Shown here one piece after another: positions 53,801 to 64,000 of a DNA stretch of 64,000 nucleotides. The first letter of the stretch is position 1, and every line of letters begins with the position of its first letter. The DNA lies in contig CDPCPM010000045.1 of the NCBI GenBank assembly GCA_976551045.1, forward strand, positions 15,066,001-15,130,000, read 5' to 3'. The notes beneath the pieces were generated by a model. That model was not told the origin of the DNA. It searched no databases and saw only the letters and a program-made list of their open reading frames with translations. Position numbers and translations under genes: made by a program. This stretch comes from Glaucostegus cemiculus. Its lineage: Eukaryota.

Positions 53801-56800
53801 TGGTGCCATTTAATTTGAATGACATCTGTATGGAAGTGGTACTCTGCTTTTTAAGCTCATGGGGTTAGTTTACCTTATTACATAGCTCAGCCCATAGACT
53901 TGGCTCCAATAATTGCCTATGGACATTTCAATAGTGGCCTGAAAAAGAATGATGGCAGTGCAAGCATATAAATTTCATTTAAACGTTCTTAATACCTTAT
54001 CCCCTTGTGAAAATATATACACTTAGGACACTTCATACAGAATCTAAACCTTTTTTTCCAGTAGCTGGTGTGATTCCATGGCTTTGGTGATTTAGAAGTA
54101 AATCTTTGTGGAAATTCATCACAAGTCCACAGTGCTAAACAGGCCATATAGTACCTTCACTTGACCTAAATGGAATGAATTTTGGAGATAGAATGTAATT
54201 CACTAATATGACAATTTGCTTTTGTTTCCATTGACTGGGGATGAATTTCTTGTGGTAAAATTTTTGTGACAGTTTCTTAAATCGCAGTAAGTTTCCATTG
54301 ATAGAGATGGAAATTGGTATGTTTTGCCCCATTTTTTGGATGTGAAATTGGCACAGAGCATTGAAAATGTAGCAGGGGCTGCATTGGCTCCAAAATTAAA
54401 CTGTTGGGATATTTTATTAATGTGAATTTTTAACAGAATCTTCAATATTACACAGAGGCATAGTTCTTCCATAAGGAATATCAAAGAGAAAAGCCACTGT
54501 TTGATGCATGACCTGTCTCCTCATGGTGAAATACAGTTTTCAGTTTACTTTGATTTATCCTTAGTGGGAAAACCCCATGACAAATTTCAAAAAGCTCTTC
54601 TGAATTATTATGCATTCCTACACTTATTGTACATAATTCCACAGTTTGGTTTCTGCTGTCAATTTTTTAATTTTGAGGATCAATGTTATAATTACAAATG
54701 TCACTAGGCTATGAAAATGGATTGCATATTATGGATACAACTAATTAAACTTAATTGGAGGAGTGAACATATTTTGTCTGTAGTGTGCATTTCTGTTAAT
54801 GGATTTAACTAACGTCTGATTATTTTTTCCATATTGTCTAGATATTTGAAGGAAATACCAACTATGATACGCCAGAAATTCGGAAGTTTGAACCACTTTT
54901 GACTAGATACATCCGTGTTTACCCTGAGCGAGCGTCACCTGCTGGGTTGGGACTACGCATGGAATTGTTGGGATGTGAAATCGAAGGTACTGTATCTTTT
55001 AAAATGATCTGTGGCTTCACTGATTAGTGTATATATCAATAGTAATCGCCCTGGATGGGAGGTGGAAGATTGAAACAAGACAACACCCCTGAAATCAAAA
55101 CTTCCACTTGCTGTTAAATCTTCATTTACTATTTTTTGAGTGCCAATAAGGGCTGAAGATTTGCAATCTGTCTTCATCATTCACCAGTTGTGGTGTTCCT
55201 TTGGGTTGTCCAGAGCACATGTGTTTCAGTAGATTTATTTTAATGGTTACAACATTGCTATATGAGTAACCATATAAACCTTATTAATAGATTAGAGGAA
55301 GTTTGAAAACCAACATCTGGCTTAGATATAAAATATTTGTGACTTTTAATACTATAATAATTTACAACAGTGAAAGAAGTACAGCCCATGATCCAGCTTA
55401 CATCAATATAAAAATATCTATTTACCGATAGTAAAAGAAAGTTTTACCCCCACTATTTGTGTTGATGTCACTGATGGGATAAAATTTCATTTAACATAAA
55501 AAAGCATGAAATTCTTTTAACACTATTTTAACAATAATGGGTTTGAACTAAACAGATTAATATCCCCATTAAAGTAGCAATGTGATCTCATCCCATTAGA
55601 CTGCTTACTGCCAATGGGTTTAACCACAGAAAGGTCTTTGTGACTCACTAATTAAATTTACCCATCTAAAGATTAGAAGAGAAATAGCAATATTTATATT
55701 TGTTTTGTGTTCCTCTTCCCTGTTGTTGAGTGATAAAATGACAGTTCTCTAAATCCAATATTAGATGCTGTGATTTAAAAAGATTGGCATGGATGTGTTG
55801 GGCCGAAAGGCCCGTTTCTGTGCTGTACAACTTGATATGGAGGCCTCTTCTTCATTCTTCTTAGAGGTGTGCCCTCCCCGCACCACTATCCCTCATCCCA
55901 TTATCTTCTAAAAGGAGATTATGTATGCTTATGAGCATGTTCACACCATCACCATATAACATTGAAAGCACATCTACCTGCCCTTCCAATGATGGTAACT
56001 TGCTGCACATGCCCAGATTTGTCTGGTAAAGATGATAAATCTTGCATCTCCTTGCTACACTTCATCAGTCAGCAGATGCAATATTAGACTCATTACTCTC
56101 AAAGATTTCCCTAATTAGAAAGTCTGTCTTAGAATTTCTTTAACCTTCTCCTCAACATTGTAACCAAGTATTTACAACATTTTTGATAATGTCAGCACTT
56201 GTTTAGCAAGACATCACTCGGCTCTGAACACAGCTTTACGTTGGCCTGACATTTCAATGCAGTACTGAAGGACTTGCACTGTGGAATGTACCATTTTTCA
56301 AATCTCTCAGGTATTAAAAGATTCCACTGCAGTATGGGGCTAGTAGGACATCAAGGGCTGGAGGTGGAGGGAAGCGGAGGAGTTGTGGGGTTGGGGTTGG
56401 GTACGGGTACAAGGTAATTTCCTCCAGCCAAATTTCACTGTACTGTCATCTTGCTAATGTTCTACCAAAATGAAGTATCCAAAACTACATGCTCCATTTG
56501 CACAACCTAGTACATTGCATTTCACTAGATTATATGAACAAGCCATGCATATTTATTTGGAAATTCAATATTCAAGCAACAATAGGATTCCAAAATCTAT
56601 AGAACTAAAATCACCATTAAAGTAGATTGAAACGTAACTTAGTGAATAAAAGAGATTAGGTTATTTCCTTCCATAGATGCTGCCTGACCTGCTGAGTTCC
56701 TCCAGCACTTTTTGTGTATTGTTCTGGATTCCAGCATTTGCAGCATTTATTGTGTCTTTATTTTTATGGGACATGGATTCTGACCTTCTTTTACTAACAG

Positions 56801-59800
56801 TTACAATGGCTAACACAAGGGGACATAATTTTAAGGTGATTGGAGGAAGATATTAGGGGGATGTCAGGGTTAAATTTTCTACACAGAGAGTGGTGGGTGT
56901 GTGGAACGCACTGCCGGCAGAGGTTGTGGGGGCAGATACATTAGGGACATTTAAGAGACTCTTAGATAGACACATGAATGATAGAAAAATAGGGGGCTAT
57001 GTGGGAGGGAAGGGTTGGATAGATCTTAGAGCAGGATAAAATGTAGGCACAACATTGCGGGCCGAAGGGCCTGTACTGTGCTGTAGTTTCTATGTTCTGT
57101 GTTCTATGTATTATTAACTCTCAACAATCAAAGGGTGATTTTGAGGCCCCTTCTTCAACCTCCCCAATTCAAGTGGTGAATGTTTTGGTTATTGTAGATA
57201 ATGGTTTAACTCTTGTCTGCAGTGCTCTGTGCTGGCACATGTGTAACGTAATGTTGTTTGTCACATATCAACTGAAACCTGAATCCAGTTCTTGGGGTTC
57301 AGCTGCTTCATTCCCGAGTATTTACCAACATATTTAATATTTAGATTATATGATGCAAAGACAATGCCGAATGAATTTTGGTGCTCTCTTTCTCAGGGTG
57401 GGGCAGGTGGGAGGGGAATTGTGAAGGTTTTGTCCTGCTGACATTTGGTTATCCAGTTTCACCTTACTGATCTACATTTAAATCATGTGCAAGCATGGTA
57501 ACATTTGGTGACATTTATAAGTTCAACTCCCAATGCTGATTTTAAATCTGGCTTTCAATAAGACTAAAATTAAAATAGGAACTCCTCAAATTACTTCTAC
57601 AGCTTGTAGTAATTGAGACAAAAAAAAAGCTCAGGTACTGTTATTCTAGCTGTCAATACTTCCTGCCTTACTATTTTAAAACAATAAAATAGGTCAACAG
57701 CTGAGCGTCCTGCCTCCTTTCGATATGTGTTTTGATAGACTTGTGTAGCCACCATTATTTATGGCTCAGCACAATTATTGTAGCCATTAAACTTACAGAT
57801 TTTTTACCATTATTTCCCATACTTTTAATCCAAGCTGATATCAGAACACACTCCTACGTGAGCTGGGTCCTTAGTACCAATGCTCACTACACTGAGCTTT
57901 GCATCACTGGAATAACTGTGTAATCCAAGCCTCTGGAGGATCCTTTTCTTTGGAGACCTACTCGAGTGAGACAGTGTCAGAGAGTTTTAGTTGCAACATG
58001 TTCCGTTGGGGAAGTAGTGTGACTGTCACCCAGGCACAGTTCGTTGGCCTATTTAATGAGCACATTAACATTGGCAATTATGAGAAGATTAAACAGTGAA
58101 GTAACAGTATGATCGCAATGCACTCACTCTAACTCTTTACCATATGGTTTGTTCCACCAAAATCTTAAAAAAATCTACTAAATCATGCTGGCATATTTCT
58201 GACATTTCAATAGGCAGGTACAATTTAACTCCCAACAATCAAAACTGTCTGCCGGACTGAACAGTCTTTTGGACCAATACATCTTTAAACAATGCAGCTG
58301 CTCAAGTGTGAAATGTTTCCCAGTGCCGCTTCCTTAATCCTGATCAATGACACCCTAGCCAGTTTATATTCGGGACCGTAGCTAGGGCCTCAAGTCCAAA
58401 AAGCTTTCAAAGTTGAAAATGAGTGTGCACATAGTGCACCAAAGACTTGAATTCAACCCTTTTGATTGGAAGTAACTGGCAGGCACCACTGATGCTGATG
58501 AGTTAACCAGTGACCCATGCAGATCAGGATGATTTTAGATTTGATTCGTGATCCAGTGAGTTAGACAGCAAAACGTTGTAATCAATCACAGAATGAGAAT
58601 GAACTCTTCAGCCTGTTGAGTGTGAACTGCCTCTGTGTAAGGATAATCCAGAAAGCCCCTCTCACACCATCTCTCCATAGCTATGCAAATTCTTTCTTCT
58701 CAAATATTTGCTCAGCTCCCATTAGAACATGAACCTGTGTTCACATATACCCCTGTAGGGCATTCCAGATTCTAACTACTCACTGCACAAGAGGCTTTTT
58801 CTCTTTTCACTTTTTGATCTTTTTCCATGCCTTATTCCATGTCCACGGGTTCTCGATTCTTCAGTCAATGGGAACAGTTTTGGTTTGCCTAAACCCCTCA
58901 TGAGCTACACAGCAAGCTTCCCAATAACAGCAGTGTGATAGTGAACAGGTAACCTGATACGTTGGTGTTTGAAGGGTAAGTTTTGGCCCAGAGACCAGGG
59001 AGAACTCCTCTGCTTCTCTGCAAAACATTGCAGTGAGGCCTGTTAAGATCAGTTGTGATGGCAGCGTTGGTGCAACATCTCACTGAAAGATGGCAGCACC
59101 TAAAGTGTGGCCTTCTCTTCACACCACACCAAAATGCGAGCCTAGGTTTTGTGCTCAAGTCTCTGGAGAGGTCGTGAACTCACGACCAGTTGACGGGAGT
59201 GCAGAGCCACCAATGACACCTTGGTTTTAGTTCTCCTACAACAGGATGTATACCATGGTTCTTGTTCCTGTTTGGCAGCACTAATCCTTGTTAAAGAAGG
59301 CCTTTACTAAAGAGTGGATGAGGATATTGCTGTGCCTGTGGTGTCGCCTGACTGCTCCTCATCAAATAGCTTGCCTGCATTCAGCCTGAAGGCTCATGTG
59401 CTGATAATATCCATTTAGACAAGGTGAATCAGTGGGGAAAGAAGAAAGAGTTTTGAAAGTGGCTAATGCCACCTATGGTTTTCAATTAGATATAATAAAT
59501 GTTATTAAAATGCATGTAAGTTTTGTAGATCTTTAATATATTGACCTTTCAACTGTAGTCCCAACAGCTGCTCCAACGATCGACACGGATGAATGTGATG
59601 AAGAGTTTGGAAACTGCCATAGTGGAACAGGTGATGGCTTCGACTTTACAGGTGCATAAATCATCCTCCTAACACCATCACTAACCTTCCTCATTCATTT
59701 CCTTTATGCTATATTGTTAATGAGCCAAGAATCACTAAGTCTATCATCCAACTAACATACAGCTTATCCTAACAAATCTGCTACTATCAACACCTTCCTT

Positions 59801-61743
59801 CAGCTAATTGGGACTAATTCTTTGGTGTTCATTCATCCTTATTGGGAACTGCAACACTGCTTTGGAAGAATAAATAAACAAGCATTAAACTGAAAGTGGA
59901 TCATTTGATATAGTCTTACCAGCAACACATGGTTTGCATTAATGTTAACACGTAGTCGAAGCATGCAATCCAAATGAGTCTGAATTCACATGAGAGTTTC
60001 ATGGGAGAAATTTACCTTTGGTCATTGGTGCTAAACTCACAAAAGAGTATTGACTGCTGCTTCATAGAATCATAGAAACTGGCAACATAGACAGAGACCA
60101 TTTGCCTATTGTGATCATGAAGTCCATAAAAATGAATGGGCATGGGTGAGTATGACCAGCTGCCAATATTCTTACTTGTGTTTAGCATTAGCAGCTAAGG
60201 CAATCTTTCAGATCTCTCATCTAACTACCAATGTCAAATTCTGCATTTCAAGTGGAAAGCTTTGTTTGCTATAAAACACATTTTTTACAGAACAAGCCTC
60301 AAGAAGTAATGTGGCCTAGTGAAATTGTTCAATCAGTTTGGATTAGTCTGGAGCACAGAATTTAATTAACCCTGACAAAATAGTCACATCTCTATTAATT
60401 TTCTACTTTGTGCTTCCAGCAATCACCGGTGTCATTCCTGTGAGACCATTCCCTCTGAGTTACCTCTGTTACAGTAATCTCAGTCTGTACTCCTTTTATG
60501 CCCCCGATATACACTACAATTCCAAATTGTGTGTTTTGTTATGTCTGTCATCTCAGGCAAAGTGTTAGAAAAGGGTGGGGCTTGGATTAAAGTAACACTG
60601 GCTGCTACTGTGTTGTTCTCCTCCATTTGTAGCTTTGAGTCTGCAACCTGGTCTGCAGATAAATTGACAATTGCTTGCTTGTTTTGCAGTTTCCCTGCTG
60701 TGGGGTAGGAATCTCTCCTCATCTGTGAAATGTGGCGTGGCAGAGACTGAGATGGATTTATTTTTTAGTGCTGTAGTTTTGAAGGTATCACTATGCTGGC
60801 GGGTTTGTTGGCAGCTGATAGCACTATTGCACGGCAGCCAGAGTGAGTGGTTGAAGCAGCTTAAGGTGGTATTGCTTCAGCTTTACACAGCCATAATCTG
60901 TAGCTGCCTGTAGAGCAATTGTATGTTCAATAAATATTTCTTCTGCAGGAATTTATTTTAGCAAGTTACAGAATGGCAAAAGAAGGGCCAGCGCATTGTA
61001 AATCTGTTACTGATTCTTTCCAACCCAGGGTGTAGAAACAAAGGGACTGCTTCAGAATTCTTAAAATAGATCATTGACAATTCGAAGATACTGTAAAATC
61101 TGGAGACACTGTCCTGTACACCATGTTCAAATAGCCTGGTGACATTATTGAAATACAGACTACTTTTACTAGGAGTTACAACATTGATGTTACGCATGTA
61201 TATAGAAGACTGGAACTATTGTTTCTTTCATCTGTGCACTAAATTAAGCAGGAAAATAATCAAATGGGAAGAGTTTTAAAGATACCTCTTCTTTGCTATT
61301 ATACTTTTCTCCAAATTCAGTGTGTTAATTAACGCCACTCCTAGCCCTCCCAGTCACTTGCTCTCCTCCCCGACACTAACCCCGCTTAGTCTTTGTTTCT
61401 GCATATGACCTGATTTCCTCCAATCCAACTGAATTGTCCAGTGATAATAAAACGCTGAGTGCAAAAACACAGAATTCATTCCATGATTATCCTTAACATC
61501 TATGAGCAGGATAACCTTCAACCCCTTTCTTCATTGTGGTTATGGTGATTTAGAATACAAATCTGTAGACAAACAGATTCTGCATAGAGGAAGGGAATCA
61601 CTGCATAGTTTGACAACAAGCATTGGCTCCAGAACCGTTCACATGCTCTGCAACTGATTTGAGATCTTATAACTGTTTTGCAGGTGGCAATACTGCTGCA
61701 GGAACAGAGGAACCAACATTACCTGAATTACCACAGTTGCCAG
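14657..61743 (+). CDS. NRP1: Neuropilin-1, partial multi-exon CDS: join(14657..14812,21364..21530,34761..34916,47005..47149,52461..52792,54842..54986,59559..59651,61684..61743); gene extends beyond both window ends
   Basis: Eight exons with AG acceptors and GT (one GC) donors, compatible phases, 1254 nt in frame without stops. Translation gives CUB a2 end + FV/VIII b1 + b2 + linker with NRP1-type motifs [41 protein letters not shown]. Confidence 0.97.
15240..16520 (+). mobile_element. Decayed CR1 ORF2 fragment split by a MITE
   Basis: [10 protein letters not shown] | insertion | ..KIAEAL continuity across 15980-16405. Confidence 0.55.
15980..16405. mobile_element. Tc1/mariner-pogo (Tigger-like) non-autonomous element
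   Basis: TA|caggccctccccaggttacgaatgcccaactt left end and aacagaaccctgttg|TA truncated right end, interrupting a CR1 remnant. Confidence 0.5.
16528..16750 (-). mobile_element. LINE 3'-tail family with (caaagt)n end; copies at about 26325-26465 and 41408-41550
   Basis: Shared tttattgtcatatg.acaagta..cacaggtgcaatgaaaa..cacaggcacatagcatcaga. Confidence 0.75.
20180..21195 (+). mobile_element. Penelope-like retroelement 3' part: frameshifted GIY-YIG endonuclease plus terminal repeat
   Basis: Consecutive frames encode [18 protein letters not shown]..., [62 protein letters not shown], typical of the PLE C-terminus. Confidence 0.9.
21364..21530 (+). CDS. NRP1: NRP1 exon 6-equivalent (b1 start)
   Basis: tccag|AT ATT CAC TGT...TGG ATA CAG|gtaaac; [55 protein letters not shown]; 167 bp. 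Confidence 0.97.
24310..24650 (+). mobile_element. SINE family B copy
   Basis: Collinear similarity to 44930-45308. Confidence 0.6.
25365..25835 (-). mobile_element. Decayed CR1 3' fragment
   Basis: Reverse strand [15 protein letters not shown] motif and CR1-like tail. Confidence 0.7.
27663..28458 (+). mobile_element. CR1-clade LINE 3' end, 5'-truncated
   Basis: [51 protein letters not shown]; tail gggctgaagggcctgta..ttctatgattct. Confidence 0.93.
28459..29320. repeat. 21-bp minisatellite (gtttgcaacactcctccc[a/t]gt) with 42-bp higher-order core; diverged outlier at about 27125-27270
   Basis: Directly visible tandem periodicity; explains the overlapping repetitive ORFs on both strands. Confidence 0.95.
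29650..30450 (-). pseudogene. Decayed Ty3/Gypsy gag remnant
   Basis: [26 protein letters not shown]...DY...LK......[12 protein letters not shown] fits the gag pattern ending LRDRLVCG; Cys-rich knuckle relic downstream ([15 protein letters not shown]). Confidence 0.6.
34761..34916 (+). CDS. NRP1: NRP1 exon 7-equivalent (b1)
   Basis: cctgcag|GTA GAC...CAA AAG|gtaaga; [52 protein letters not shown]; 156 bp. Confidence 0.97.
35131..35785 (+). mobile_element. Older HE1-like V-SINE containing a younger V-SINE (35381-35677)
   Basis: Old head ggtggcatggtggtgcagc..gctgctgcctcaca with tail resuming after 35678; the inner copy matches 10588-10876. Confidence 0.8.
36398..36695 (+). mobile_element. V-SINE young family copy
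   Basis: Matches 10588-10876 end to end including the (atctt)n tail. Confidence 0.9.
37735..40354 (+). mobile_element. CR1 3' remnant hosting two insertions (37903-38016 and 38146-40248)
   Basis: [14 protein letters not shown] motif; CR1 3' UTR resumes at 40249 and ends gggcctgtttcggtgctgtatgactccatgac. Confidence 0.7.
38146..40248 (-). mobile_element. Rex1/Babar-clade LINE, 5'-truncated, inactivated RT
   Basis: [84 protein letters not shown]; two frameshifts; (ctgatt)n tail. Confidence 0.93.
40385..40765 (+). mobile_element. Ancient Deu-domain SINE (SacSINE1-like); more decayed copies at about 47860-48180 (+), 56200-56340 (+), 58900-59210 (-), 42820-43150 (-)
   Basis: cctctgagttagaagg..ggttcaag head and ctgctgtgcacaaattggctg..attggctgtaaa core resemble the Deu-SINE consensus as remembered. 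Confidence 0.65.
44023..44684 (+). repeat. About 76-bp direct repeat pair (44023-44099 and 44609-44684)
   Basis: aacacc.ttct.ccctct.gaga.aaaaattcaaat..agcct...tggtgactgataaagatctaattttttatc present twice. Confidence 0.9.
44930..45308 (+). mobile_element. tRNA-headed SINE family B, most complete copy; others at about 43340-43638 (-) and 48410-48785 (-)
   Basis: gtggtatagcggtt A box, gagttcaaattcc B box, body ctaatgtccttcaggaaaggaaatctg..gtgactccaga, tail aaatgctggccttgcc..tgaatgaataaa. Confidence 0.75.
46244..46650 (+). mobile_element. Rex1-related 3' UTR (about 46310-46585) nested in a short LINE-tail element
   Basis: aaatgcaccagcactttaaatg and gtatatgg..gtgacaa.aaaaa.tgattctga match the reverse complement of 38150-38440. 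Confidence 0.7.
47005..47149 (+). CDS. NRP1: NRP1 exon 8-equivalent (b1 end)
   Basis: tttgcag|GTG TTT...ACT G|gtaaac; [48 protein letters not shown]; 145 bp. Confidence 0.97.
49560..51520 (+). mobile_element. Old decayed CR1 ORF2 with inserted tail elements
   Basis: [25 protein letters not shown], remnants of the FQKAFD and SGV.Q.SVLG motifs, CR1 tail near 51500. Confidence 0.8.
52461..52792 (+). CDS. NRP1: NRP1 exon 9-equivalent (b2), GC donor
   Basis: ctgtag|AT TAC CCC TGT...CCG AAG|gcaagt; [24 protein letters not shown]...WIQIDLG...[20 protein letters not shown]; 332 bp. Confidence 0.95.
53345..53740 (+). mobile_element. Penelope-like 3' terminal repeat with hammerhead-like motif; shorter copies at about 45813-45928 and 56660-56758
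   Basis: Pyrimidine-rich tract then cagtcctgatgaagg..cccgaaatgtcgactg..agatgctgcctgacctactgagttcctccagca. Confidence 0.8.
53640..53677 (+). ncRNA. Minimal type I hammerhead ribozyme-like motif (Penelope-derived)
   Basis: Stem I cagtc/gactg, core CUGAUGA, stem II, GAAA, GUC triplet; activity unproven. Confidence 0.6.
54842..54986 (+). CDS. NRP1: NRP1 exon 10-equivalent (b2 end)
   Basis: gtctag|ATA TTT GAA...GAA G|gtactg; [48 protein letters not shown]; 145 bp. Not in the ORF track. Confidence 0.96.
56808..57107 (+). mobile_element. CR1 3' end fragment
   Basis: [22 protein letters not shown]; tail gggccgaagggcctgtactgtgctgtag..ttctatg. Confidence 0.85.
59559..59651 (+). CDS. NRP1: NRP1 exon 11-equivalent (b/c linker with Ser-Gly GAG site)
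   Basis: ctgtag|TC CCA ACA...ACA G|gtgcat; [31 protein letters not shown], resembling human APTAGPT...[21 protein letters not shown]; 93 bp. Confidence 0.92.
61684..61743 (+). CDS. NRP1: NRP1 exon 12-equivalent (b/c linker)
   Basis: ttttgcag|GT GGC...CCA G|gtatgt; [20 protein letters not shown]; 60 bp, phase 1-1, size and position as expected although the sequence is divergent. Confidence 0.85.
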
Positions 61744-62845
61744 GTATGTCGCAGCTTTGGTCAAGTTACTGCAGTTAATAGAAATGGTTTGGCATGCACT
61801 TAGAACCACATATTTGTAAGTTAATGGTGGAAAAATGTTAAAGACAGAATGAACATCCCCAAAAAGGTATTCAGGACTGAAGGAGGTTTTGTCAGATATT
61901 ACACAATCTTAACTGTATTGAGATAAGGTCTCCAGAGTTTGGCAGGTGAAGTTTTTCAGAGGTTCCCTTACTCCAGTGTTGCAGTCTGAGCTGACATTTG
62001 GTAGAAACCCACTTAATATGATTGAATGAAGTTTCCTCTGATATTTAGCAAAGATTAAAGCAGAATTATTCTGGGAAAATTCACCCTTGGTTTGGGTGTA
62101 GATTTAGTTCTTCCCGCAATGGACACTCTCTGTCACTATCAAGGACTGGCAAGGTAAATGCAGCATGTCAAAAGATGAGCAATGTTCTCCTTCTCTGTCC
62201 TTAACAATGAACTTCCATCCCTCATGGCCAGGTTGTTGACTCTGTTTCATAGATCTATTTATAGTTATAGGAAGAAGCAGAAGTCCTGAAATACTATTGT
62301 GATGGAGTAATGACACTCATGTTACCATGGTTACAGATTCAACTCCTATTGAAGTCTCAAACTAACTAATACAATATTATGTGACTTTCACTCATTCATA
62401 ATCAGGTTTCCAGCAGGAACATTTTGGAAAACTAAATCTTCACTTCTTACTCCATGGAAACAGATCTTCTCTGTCAAATTGTAGAATGCTAGACTCTCAG
62501 CAAACTGCCAATATACACATTTAAATCCATGAGATGTGTGGACTTTGCATCACATTGCCCTTATCAAATGTGATTTACTTCACAAGAAATAGAAAATGGA
62601 TTAAACTTGATACTGAAAGTAGTTTTAATTAAATGATTCACAAACATATCCAAAAAGTGAGCTCTTGTTTTTTTTTTGTTTATTTGTCACTTATCAGAAT
62701 AAAACTGCTTCCGGTAATGGGTCTGATTTAAATGGGAACCTTAATATGGCAAAAAGAAATCATTGATCTTATAGCCTGATATTGCAAAGTGGGATGAGAG
62801 AGTGTGAAAAAAGAGGAATAAAACAAAGAATAAATCACATTTGAC

Positions 62846-64000
62846 AGAACATAACATAAGAACATAAGAAATAGGAGCAGGAGTAGGCTATCTGGCCCAT
62901 CAAGCCTGCTCTGCCATTCAATAAGATCATGGCTGATCTGTCCGTGAACTCAAATCCACCTACCTGCCTTTTTCCCATAACCCTTAATTCCCTGACTATG
63001 CAAAATCTATCTAACTGTGTCTTAAGTATACTTAATGAGGTAGCCTCTACTGCTTCCCTGGGCAGAGAATTCCACAGATTCACTACCCTCTGGGAAAAGC
63101 AGTTCCTCCTCATCTCTGTCCTAAATCTATTCCCCTAAATTTGAGGCTATGTCCCCTAGTTCTAGTCTCACCTACCAGTGGAAACAACCTTCCTGTCTCC
63201 ATCTTTTCTATCCTTTTCATAATTTTATATGTTTCTGTAAGATCCCTTCTCATCCTCTGAATTCCAGTGAGTATAGGCCCAGGCAACTCGATCTCTCCTC
63301 ATAGGCTAACCCCCTCATCTCTGGAATCAGCCTGGTGAACCTCCTCTGCACTGCCTCCAAAGCCAGTATATCTTTCCTCAGCTAAGGAGACCAGAACTGT
63401 ACGCAGCACTCCAGGTGCGGCCTCACCAGTACCCTGTACAGTTGCAGTGTAACTTCGATAACCTATTGCACCTGCAGACCAACCTTTTATGATTCCTGCA
63501 CAAGCGCTCCCAAGTCCTTCTGCACAACAGCATGCTGCAATCTTTCATCATTTAAATAAAAATCTGATCTTCTATTTTTCCTTCCAAAGTGGATGACCTT
63601 GCATTTACCATCATTGTACTTCATCTTCCAGACCCTTGCCCACTCACTTAACCTATCTATATCTCTCTGCAGACTCTTCACGTCCTTTGCACAATTTGCT
63701 TTTCTACTCAATTTAGTGTTATCAGCAAATTTAGATACTCTACACTCAGTTCCCTCTTCCAAATTGTTAATGTATGTCGTGAACAGTTGTGGGCCCACCA
63801 CTGACCCCTGTGGCACCCCACTCACCACTGATTGCCAACTAGAGAAACACCCATTTATCCCAACTCTCTGCCTTCTATTGGTTAGCCAATCCTCTATCCA
63901 TGCTAATACATTACCCCCCACTCCATGCATCCTTATCTTATGGATAAGTCTTTTAGGCACCTTAACACCTTCTGGAAATCCAAGTATACAACATCCACCT
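62846..64000 (-). mobile_element. CR1-clade LINE 3' part, internally deleted, runs off the window
   Basis: WIEDWLTNRRQRVGING..SGVPQGSVVGP..KFADNTKL..WKMKYN..KC; FSQRVVNLWNSLP; (agaacata)n tail. Confidence 0.93.

Noticed and set aside
14657-61743. NRP2, DCBLD or coagulation factor V/VIII as alternative identities
   Set aside because: [26 protein letters not shown] and NCHSGTG motifs and the exon sizes fit NRP1.

Overview
Vertebrate genomic DNA, most likely an elasmobranch (inferred from the V-SINE/HE1-type, Deu-type SINE, CR1, Rex1 and Penelope repeat content). The window appears to lie entirely inside one + strand gene, neuropilin-1 (NRP1). Eight coding exons (human-equivalent exons 5-12: 156, 167, 156, 145, 332, 145, 93 and 60 bp) splice in frame and encode the end of CUB a2, both FV/VIII domains (b1, b2) and the b/c linker. 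The rest is intron filled with decayed and nested transposons plus a 21-bp minisatellite. I found no prokaryotic-type or clearly novel system. The most notable observations are a GC-AG intron, a splicing hub around exon 11 (Delta7-like alternative donor beside the Ser-Gly GAG site, read-through stop plus polyA signal for a soluble form, QKI/Nova/RBFOX motif cluster), and Penelope-derived minimal hammerhead ribozyme motifs in the pre-mRNA sense orientation. Repeat boundaries are approximate, and comparisons with human NRP1 are from memory rather than from an alignment.
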